Assembly: GCF_964204865.1 (NCBI RefSeq)
Contig: NC_135257.1
Coordinates: 15,190,001 to 15,254,000 of the forward strand
Source of the DNA: Styela clava
Taxonomy: Eukaryota
Reading direction: 5' to 3'
Length of the DNA stretch: 64,000 bases
Shown: positions 55,021 to 64,000 of the stretch, one piece after another
How the letters are laid out: each line of letters opens with the position of its first letter
Position numbering within the stretch: the stretch's first letter is position 1
Notes under the pieces: model-generated
What the model was told of the DNA's origin: nothing
What the model saw: only the letters and a program-made list of their open reading frames with translations
The model's database searches: none
Translations under genes and position numbers: made by a program

Positions 55021-55419
55021 TATTATTATATATTATACTTGGCGTTGCATAGAAGCTTACATTCTGATTTACCTTCATCCATGTGCTCATATAACAATAA
55101 TTCATTTCTTTCCCTTGGTTTTAATAAATTTAGGATTCCTATTAATTTCCACTTGAAAATTGAACGCATACTACTTTTCATTTGTCTATGGCTATGCTAT
55201 ATCATCATATTTTTCTGAACTTCGATGTTCCCAAATTTTTGATTTTCAGCATATTATTGTGATTAATTTGGATTCACATTCCGAATCATTTGTTATAATA
55301 GTATTTTGAATATTTTCTATGCAGCACCATTGCCAAAAATCGGGTCTTACTACTTACTGAATACAGCGCGAAACACCGCAAAGGGCGCGAAACAGGAGGC
55401 GCAGTTCTTACCACTTCAT

Positions 55420-55936
55420 TGCACCATTGCAAAATTTTCGGGGCTATTTTAAGAGTGCTTTTGCGAGTTAGCGCCTGCAAAATGGGGTATGTGTTCCAAA
55501 CCATCATTATAATCCATCGCATACAACGATCTGTTTTTTAAAAGTACCGGTAAAGAATTTTAGCCTAGTCTATGGGTCTCATGTAGTTTCGTACCTAACG
55601 TACTTCAGTAGGCGTAGCATAACAATTTTTTCACGTGTCAATCCTAACCCCCACCTGACCACACCATCCAAAATTTACGTCACTACAAACAGAAGACAGA
55701 GTGACCATTGAATTATATGATTTATATTTAAGTTTCCGAAACACAACAGAAAACTAACGAATTAAGTTCAAAAACGCGAAAACGAGGTAATGTTTACGTA
55801 CACGCTAGAAAATCTGTCTGAGTGAGAAAAGTGTCTGAGCGGAAGCGAAAGAGAACATTTTTACATCACTTTTTGCATCTTGCTGATTGCCAATGTCACG
55901 AAGTAAACAAGGAAGTCGATGCTCGGGGAAAGATCC
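55420..55936. mobile_element. Second, inverted copy of the 16389-16886 transposon, interrupted by another repeat (~55573-55690)
   Basis: Reverse-complement similarity to 16389-16840; ends TCGGGGAAAGATCC-AT. Confidence 0.8.
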
Positions 55937-57332
55937 ATTGTGCCAGTATTATAGCATCGGTAGTGGTTAAAAGCTATATATTTGAACGAATCTTGATTGA
56001 ACATAGATAATGATTCCTAAAAACAAAAGCCATGACATATTCGTTTGTTATCTGATTATGGGGCGTAGTTAAATGGCCAAACCAAAAAATTTGAACCCCG
56101 CGTGTTTATAGGGGTTCCGCCGGAAACATCAAGACTAATTTTTCACTGTTGGATATCATTAAAATTACAAACAAATTTCATCGACAATAACGTGGAAGAC
56201 TTGATGGCATCGCTAGATCACCTGGTAAATATTTTACATTTTCCGATTCAAATGAATCGAAATAACCTGCGGATAAGTTGATAAGAGCTGTAAAGTTGCG
56301 GCGACTGCCGACTGGTCTTTAAATTTTGCACGCTATAACGTACAACTTGTACGCTTTTGTGAAATTCAGAAGGCCACACAATGTGCTAGCCATGAGACCG
56401 TTTACATTCTATAATTTTTTAAGCCACTGTTGGAGCAGCTCGTTGAATCAAGCAAATTTTTCCCGAGAAAATTCGAGCATTTCATCAGCTCCTGGAATGA
56501 TTAAAGTGAAACGTAGGATTTAAACGTTCGGCATAGTGTGAACAGACATCATAATACCAGTTCAAATAATTCTCTCTTTAAACGTATGACCTCAGGTTAA
56601 TGACGTTACACACTTGAGAAGGAATACGATATGTGGATTTCATAAGGAACGCAGAGCCGCTATGTGGCAACGTAATTGCGTAAAGTCGCTGCGTCGTTGT
56701 CCACGTCAAGTTGGCGCAGCGGACATGTGACCAATTGGAGAACATTGAATTAAATTGCTCATTCAATTTTACTGGTGGATCATAAATTCAATCTAAAGGT
56801 ACCATTCGAAAGCTATCTTTAACCTCTACAAATGTATCGATATCGTTTAAGGTTGAAACAAGAACAAATTAAAGTTTTTGTTTTTTAATTTAAAAGCTTT
56901 TCAAATTTTTTCACGCTTTTCAATTTTGCCGATTTATGTAGGATCATCGCGATATTTTGTCTTCATTTCAGAATTACAATTTGTTTCCTAGATAGATTGT
57001 CTTTCAAACAATATAAAACCTGTCTAAATATAAGGTTCGCGAGATATGAGGTTTCAAAGTTGCATACCTCATACGGGATGCCGAAGCCGGAAAACCGGCT
57101 TTCAGCGTCAGAAGTTGTTCTAGGAAAAGCCGAAATAACGAATTTTGGGGTTCAAAGAGTTACTTTGTTTTTCCATATTTGAGATATATATTTTTAAAAT
57201 ATTTAGTTGGATAAGATGCATTTTGACATATTATCTGCCTTACAAGTTAGTTTTTATCGGAAAATGTATTTTGATGGACTGTATGCACTTGGCAAAAACT
57301 TTACTAGAAGAATGTATCATATAGATAGAGTC

Positions 57333-57993
57333 CAGTGGTCGGGAAACTGCGGTCCGCAAACGTCCCGCGAACTTTGAATGCATAATACAAAAATTGATTA
57401 TATATAAATTTGTCGTTGTCTCCACGAAAAATATTTTCTTTCTTGCGCATTTCAATGCAGATTTGCTTGATATGCCAATTCAGTATCACAGGCAGTAAAG
57501 GGTTCAATGTTAAACGTCATCGCAGAACGTACCATTGCAAATACGAAATTCGACCCCGAGTTGCGCCACTGCTCTGTGCGACAGTGCAATCGTGTAATGT
57601 ACAAGTCACATATATATTGTAGAATCTGTAGATATTGTTGTAAGCAGCTTTATATGAAATGTATTACACTCACAATAAATTTCGTACTCGCTTGTCAAAT
57701 TGTCATTTGGACTACGTACAGCGGAGCAACAAAGTTGTCATTTGATTTCAACGCTTTCGCCGTGGCACACAAATAAAACATCAAGTAAATAAAAACAATG
57801 TACGGTTTGATAATATACATGTTAAGAAGGGCAACATCAACGTCTCCTTGTAGCACAGCAATAGAGGGTGCGGGTGCGCCATCATTTTAGGTTTAATGTG
57901 GCGATTGTTCACAAGCACAAATTAATGCGGACGGCACGCTACCGGAAATGTGTATATGCATGGTCCGCGAGTACAGTAAGTTTGCCAACCACT
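57333..57993. mobile_element. Diverged hAT-type non-autonomous element
   Basis: Imperfect TIR CAGTGGTCGGGAAACT / AGTTTGCCAACCACTA with subterminal GGTCCGC at both ends. Confidence 0.6.
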
Positions 57994-58543
57994 AGTATAG
58001 ACTAAAGGGCAATTTTTTAAAGTTGTGGAAATTGGTGTATTACTATTTATGACAGATATTTTTCAATAAAATAATTGAATGAAGAAAATTATCCGATTGT
58101 CGGAGTCGGTAATTATGAACTTGATGTACTTTCAACGACGACGACTTTGCATAGATATGAGTATATCGTCGATTGAATCAGACGTTCGTTTGACATGTCA
58201 CCATTCTCGTATATGTTCGTGTCCCATTTGCATCGCCTGTACCACATTCGGCATGTACATAGGCAAAATATCGTAACGATTGACAGTAAGTACAAAAACA
58301 CTTGGTGAATATGATATATGTGGATAAATTCACCTGTGAACGAGACATAGGTGGAAAAAGGAAATGTTGAATGAAATGTAGGTGGTACAAAAACACCTTA
58401 TGTATAAGATATACGTGCATAAATACACTTGTGAATGAGACATTGGTGGGAAATGCTCATGTTGAATGAAATGTAGGTCTATGTGGTAAAACAAGTGATA
58501 AAATCACCAAATATACTTACCTATAACTAAAATTTTATAGATG

Positions 58544-59287
58544 GCCGCGACTCCATGTGCCTGTGCGTAAAAAGGGCTGCAGAATCTACCAAAATTTGTT
58601 TGATAAAAGCGTTGAGGCGCAACTTTGCATACGGACGATGTTGCACAGCAATTTACGGTGCAATTGATCAAGTATTTCAAACTGCTAGCATCGATTTTAA
58701 TAACACGTCATTTATGCATTTCAATCACAAATATCAATTTCTTTTGTTCTGGAATACCTATTTGTCAAGGTGAAATTATGATCACTGTAAATATAACTCG
58801 CAGACAACTATTTCATTCTGTTTGTATCTTACAATCCAGATGATAATATCAGTATCGGATTACCGGCAATATCGGCTATTTGAAATATCGACGTGTCGAT
58901 ATCTGATCGCTACCGGCATTGGCGATAAAATTGGTATTAGTATATCTCTGATGCATGTATCGCCATTCAAAATCTTGAATTAAGAAATATAAATAGTAAT
59001 TACAGTACTTTAATCGCCATTCATAATTTTGAATTAAGTAATATAAATAGTAATTACAGTACTTTAATTAGGTATATTTCACCTATACGCCAATTCTCAC
59101 AAACCTGAGACAAGTGGGACAAGTTGGGTAAGTAGGACACATGGGGCACGTAGAACGAGTGAGACATGTTGGCAGGTGGGACACGTAGAACGAGTGTGAC
59201 ACGAGGGATAAGTGGGTCACGCGGGATAAGGGGTGCACGTAGAATGAGTGGGATAGGTGGGACAAATGGAACGCGTGGGACACAACA
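58544..59287 (+). repeat. Near-identical direct repeat, copy 1
   Basis: Matches 63310-64000. Contains a GGGACA-type minisatellite (~59110-59285) and an extra ~54-bp local duplication (~58960-59067). Confidence 0.92.
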
Positions 59288-59434
59288 TTTTCGAGACACC
59301 GATAGACAAGTATAGAGCATGAAACACAAAGTTTTTCTCACAAGATTTCATATCCATTCCACGGAGGAAAAAACGTTACGGTCTATGGCTTTATGATAAT
59401 AATTAAAATTACAAAGCCATATATATATATATAT

Positions 59435-60269
59435 GGGCTTACCATACGTCCCGCTTTAGGCGGGACAGTCCCGCTTTTCAGCGTCTTGTCCCGCCGTCCC
59501 GACAAGTCAGCCAGAAGTCCCGCTTTTGTGTTCAGCCATCCAGCATAATACACAAACATGATCTCGTTAGGATAGTATAGGATTTACATATTTATCCCGG
59601 GGGAGAGGAAAGCCGATAAAACGGTTTGACCATTTGGCGAACCACGGTCTCTCGTCCGGTTACCATTCCATGTCGGGTATGGGATTATTTATGTTTTCGA
59701 GAGCATGGACTTGATGGTGGAGGAAGCCGTAACCGACCAGCGGTTACGTGAACCACCCTACGGCGGCGAGGAGTCCAGCAATCCACTCGCACATAACCAT
59801 CCCTGCTGCATGGGATTCGAACTTGCGAACCCACACAGAGTAATCAGAGGTGCGGTTGCGAGCGTATTCTTAACGCTTAGCACGATGAGCCACACCGCCG
59901 CGCCGTTACTGTTGTTTCTGTGTAGCACAGCGCTAGCCTAATGCGTTATTGCGTTTGTTTCGTTGTTTCCCGCTAGCATTGATAGCAGACATATCGCATG
60001 TTAAACCAATACTAATTAATCCAAATTCGAAATATTTGTACCGGTATCGTTAACGTCAATTCCTTTCTATTTTTCGAACTGAACCCGATATTTGGACAGA
60101 GAATATGTGCATGAAATTTCGAAGACAATATGGTCAATGAAGACAGCCGGGATAGCTTTAAAAGTAGGCCTATGTAGTAAAATTGGAAAATGTAAAGTTA
60201 CAAAATCACAGCTAATGGGTCGTTGTCTTGGAAGCGTCCCGCTTTGAAGTCACAAAAATATGGTAACCC
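59435..60269. mobile_element. DNA transposon/MITE inserted in a (TA)n tract, carrying a nested SINE
   Basis: Termini GGGCTTACCATA / TATGGTAACCC flanked by TA microsatellite on both sides; repeated GTCCCGC subterminal motifs. Confidence 0.75.
59570..59899 (-). mobile_element. tRNA-derived SINE
   Basis: Minus-strand head GGCGGTGTGGCTCATCGTGCTAAGCG (A box) and AGTTCGAATCCC (B box); GC-rich body; related degraded copies at ~47755 and ~49130. Confidence 0.8.
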
Positions 60270-60596
60270 TATATATATATATAATATCTAAACTTCACTA
60301 TGTCTTTTTTTTTTAAATAATACTGGAATACCACACTGCACAAGCATAAGCGTGCAATGGACATTGGAAACAATGCGAAAATCAATACGTATTTTCTCTT
60401 TGCTACTATAAAACTCTTGCAGATCTACTACTCTAATTTTAACGAGATAGTTTCCAAACTTTAATAAGTGTTTTATTGTTTAATGTTAAATATCAACAAA
60501 CTTTGAGTAATTGGAAAATTTGCAATGTGAACCGTCTAATTGAAAAGCAGAACTACCGTATTATACTTTGTGTACTAATTATTTATTGGTATAAAG

Positions 60597-60992
60597 CAGG
60601 GTGGTCTACATTACTTTGAAAAGAAAGCTGACCAATTCAAACAGATTTTTGATTGGGTATGGGAGGGAAAATACAACAGTGCTTGCTTACTATGTCCGCA
60701 AGTTGTTTCGATGACAATCTGAAACCTCATTTTCTCCTCATGGCACTTTCTCTGTTATGAAGAGTCTGAAATCTTACACTTGTAGATATAATAATATGTT
60801 TGCACATTTTAGTTTTGTTTTTTTTTGTGGTTTTTGCATGTTTTAGCTTACAAATAATGATCAATGTGTTTAGACAATAAAAGTTTTTTTTTTCGTATTC
60901 CACTGTTTACTAATTCTTAGCACTACTGTGGCCCACGAACTATACAAAAATAATTGTGTGGCCCGCGAGACCGACAACCTTGGACCACCCTG
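60597..60992. mobile_element. hAT MITE
   Basis: TIR CAGGGTGGTC / GACCACCCTG; 8-bp TSD GTATAAAG at 60589-60596 and 60993-61000. Confidence 0.88.
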
Positions 60993-61739
60993 GTATAAAG
61001 GCTGACGTAGACCCTGTAAAAATGGATAACGTCATTACGAGGGGAAAAAAGTTCGGAAAAATATTTTAAAAAAGTAGGATTTAATAATCATAGTTTGAAG
61101 CAATATCCATCATAGTATTTTCATTAAAAGCTACACGAGATTCAAAACTCAAAATTGTACACCTTCGTCATTTTCCTAAAATAACCTTTACAAGATTCCA
61201 CTTTTGGATCAAAGCACTGGATTTTTAAAATTATTTCAAGCTTTTTATCTGGAGCAGTAGACTATGTCATTAACTTTTGATAAAATAAACAAGTTTGAGG
61301 TAAAGCTAATTTTAGATAGTTATTGCGGTTACAACTAAATTCGACGGTGAAGCGCATAATACCCCCTTCTCTTATACAGAAACAATATGCAAATTAATTC
61401 GCACAAATGCCATTAACTTTTGGTAAGAAATAAAAATTTGGTGTGATGCTAATTTTAGATTTTTAATGCCGTTACAATTAAGTTCGAGGGTGAAAACAGA
61501 TAGAAACTCCTTCTCGTACACATAAACAATATGAAAATTGATTCGAACAAATTTCTCTCGGCATTTAATTAAAAATGATGTCGCCAATGGGCGTGAACTA
61601 TTTTACATATTGCTTCGTAATGAGAAGGCTTACCACCCACCAATCGAATGACTAGCACGTACTTCAACTTATAAATATATATAAGCAGTGGGAGCATAGC
61701 ACTATTATTCTGTTTGAGAACACGGGGAGCATTGTCAAT

Positions 61740-62296
61740 ATGAGCCAAAACAACATGTTTCAATATAAGACGATTTGGAACGAAATTATCAGAAGTTTTG
61801 GGTCTAGAATTCGCGTGAAAAAACACTATCGGTTTCTTAACACGTATCACAATACTTTCACCGGATCAGCAGCGACCATCGCCATGTTGCAAGTTTTAAG
61901 ATCTATCTCACGTTTCCAAAAGGCAACTATGGAACAGTCCAAGTTGATTCTCAACAAGTTATTACAAAACAACATTATAGAAAACGTGGAAAATTCTGAC
62001 CAACCTAAGGAATTTTCCAAGTCGAGAACATTGTATAGGTAAGCAGCATATTTTTCAAAGTTACCTCTTTAAAGATTCTTTTGTACTGTGTTTGCAATAT
62101 GTACAGTGTACATCATATTAAAACGTTTAATTTACTTTTCCATTTTTTTCTCAGATTCTGCGATCCAAGCTTTGTTATTCAACACGAACTTTCGTATTCA
62201 CTGGAAAAGATTGCCAACTTCTGTTGGGTGTTACATTTTGAACTGGAAAAGCCCGATAAAACCAAACATTCACGAATTGGAGAATCTAGTCAGTGA
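61740..62296 (+). CDS. Stand-alone DEP-domain protein (DEPDC1/DEPDC4/DEPDC7-type DEP), 146 aa, 2 exons; possibly a pseudogene
   Basis: Exons 61740-62038 and 62155-62296. TIWNEIIRSF..RIRVKKHYRFLNTYHNTFTGSAA...LNKLLQNNIIENV resembles the DEPDC1-type DEP domain, and splicing AG|GTAAGC to TCTCAG|A restores the terminal LYRF. Confidence 0.75.
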
Positions 62297-63309
62297 GAAA
62301 ACAAAGAATTTACGAAACATTGGTCCACTCTTCAACCGCACAGCTTTTTAAAACATTCAATATTTTCACTTTTTTTGTAAATATAGTATAAATTTGAGGT
62401 AGTATTATTCTTTCTGTGTGCTGATATATTTTCAGTGTTTTAGTTTTGCAATGACTGAGAAGATATTCAATTAGAGTCGATCATCTGGTAATTCGATTTA
62501 CAGTGATGCATATCATATCTACTAAAATCTGCACACCTGTAGTCACCGCCAGAAGCCCATACATCTCAGTTTATTTTCGAGTAATATATATGCATCAGTT
62601 ACAAACATCTTTCATCAATAACTATATTATAAATTCGCTCGAAATACTGTGCCAAACTATTTATAATCCAGTTTTACTAAACCGTTCAAATGTACTCTCT
62701 CTATCCGTTTAAAAAAATGGGCCACAAACCGTAAGTCCGTTAATTCATCTGTTGCTCTGTATTTCCAAAGTTAGAGGATGGTACAGATTTTACATTTAAA
62801 ATGTGTTCTAATTTGGAATCAAGAGTTATGTATTTAAAAAATGTTAGTTAAGTGTATCAATTTTTTTGACCTAGCAAATAACGTTATTATTGGTATCTTC
62901 AAACAATAAAAAATCAATGCTCAAATATATGAACACGCGTGCCAAAACAAAGTAGTACGGGAATGCAATCTGTCACAGTAGAATACCGCTTGCTTGGCCA
63001 CAAGATAGCAAACGCAGAAGCCCCACAAGGTGCACAATTTTTAATCACGTCACCGCATACAACAAACGAATCCCACATACCCCAAAGAAATTTTTGAAAT
63101 GAATTAAAGTGAAAATAGATTCTAACGACAAATATAGTTTTAATCACTGAATATTTTAAAGCGCCACAAGGTGCGCAATTTTTGATTACGTCATCGCATA
63201 GCATCATAACTGATGATGGCATTTATCTGTCCCGGAGTCCGTAAAACAAGATTTATGGTGTCTTTCTCGTTTTATTTTTAGAGTGAATGATATTGTTTCA
63301 ATTTTGAAT

Positions 63310-64000
63310 GCCGCGACTCCATGTGCCTGTGCGTAAAAAAGGGCTGCAGAATCTACCAAAATTTGTTTGATAAAAGCGTTGAGGCGCAACTTTGCATACG
63401 GACGATGTTGCACAGCAATTTACGGTGCAATTGATCAAGTATTTTAAACTGCTAGCATCGATTTTAATAACACGTCATTTATGCATTTCAATCACAAATA
63501 TCAATTTCTTTTGTTCTGGAATACCTATTTGTCAAGGTGAAATTATGATCACTGTAAATATAGTTCGCAGACAACTATTTCATTCTGTTTGTATCTTACA
63601 ATCCAGATGATAATATCAGTATCGGATTACCGGCAATATCGGCTATTTGAAATATCGACGTGTCGATATCTGATCGCTACCGGCATTGGCGATAAAATCG
63701 GTATTGGTATATCTCTGATGCATGTATCGCCATTCATAATTTTGAATTAAGAAATATAAATAGTAATTACAGTACTTTAATTAGGTATATTTCACCTATA
63801 CGCCAATTCTCACAAACCTGAGACAAGTGGGACAAGTTGAGTAAGTAGGACACATGGGGCTCGTAGAACGAGTGAGACATGTTGGAAGGTGGGACACGTA
63901 GAACGAGTGTGACACGAGGGATAAGTGGGTCACGCGGGATAAGGGGTGCACGTAGAATGAGTGGGATAGGTGGGACAAATGGAACGCGTGGGACACAACA
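63310..64000 (+). repeat. Near-identical direct repeat, copy 2 (runs off the right edge)
   Basis: Matches 58544-59287; paired ORFs 58625/63392 and 59083/63796 differ by 1-2 residues. Confidence 0.92.

Noticed and set aside
56790-56830. VKDSFRMVP as a Polinton/PolB exonuclease motif
   Set aside because: A single short resemblance with no other PolB motifs nearby.
59054-59341. Repetitive ORFs (PRVP / HLSH-rich)
   Set aside because: Translations of a GGGACA-type minisatellite, duplicated at 63.8-64.0 kb; no evidence of coding.
59840-59899. tRNA gene
   Set aside because: A and B boxes are present but there is no cloverleaf, and the sequence continues into a dispersed repeat body, so it is a SINE head.
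58544-64000. LTR retrotransposon (direct repeats ~4.8 kb apart)
   Set aside because: No TG...CA termini, PBS, PPT or gag/pol remnants seen; treated as a segmental or dispersed duplication.

Overview
AT-rich, intron-rich eukaryotic (animal) DNA. Gene compactness, weak AAG splice acceptors and the repeat landscape suggest an invertebrate such as an ascidian; this is inference, not provable here. Most short ORFs in the supplied track are spurious or single-exon fragments, so I rebuilt genes by hand from GT/GC-AG signals and reading-frame continuity. Genes found: (1) the 5' part of FAM135 (minus, runs off the left edge); (2) an orphan ~28-exon gene whose introns are all phase 0 and which carries a 7-exon tandem duplication (plus); (3) an SDR16C-type retinol dehydrogenase with a GC-AG intron (minus); (4) a signal peptide-CUB-CCP-TM receptor (plus), followed ~430 bp later by (5) an intronless 375-aa type III membrane adaptor-like ORF; (6) CINP and (7) LYRM7 (minus); (8) a two-exon DEP-domain-only gene between near-identical direct repeats. 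An RPL41 retrocopy sits in CINP intron 1. Repeats include hAT and other MITEs, a tRNA-derived SINE, a Buster/Charlie transposase relic and a tandem/inverted Helentron-like cluster. The most striking candidate system is LYRM7-CINP: the putative last LYRM7 exon is the first CINP exon and the two ORFs overlap by 23 nt. This suggests a bicistronic or operon unit with a dual-use splice acceptor.
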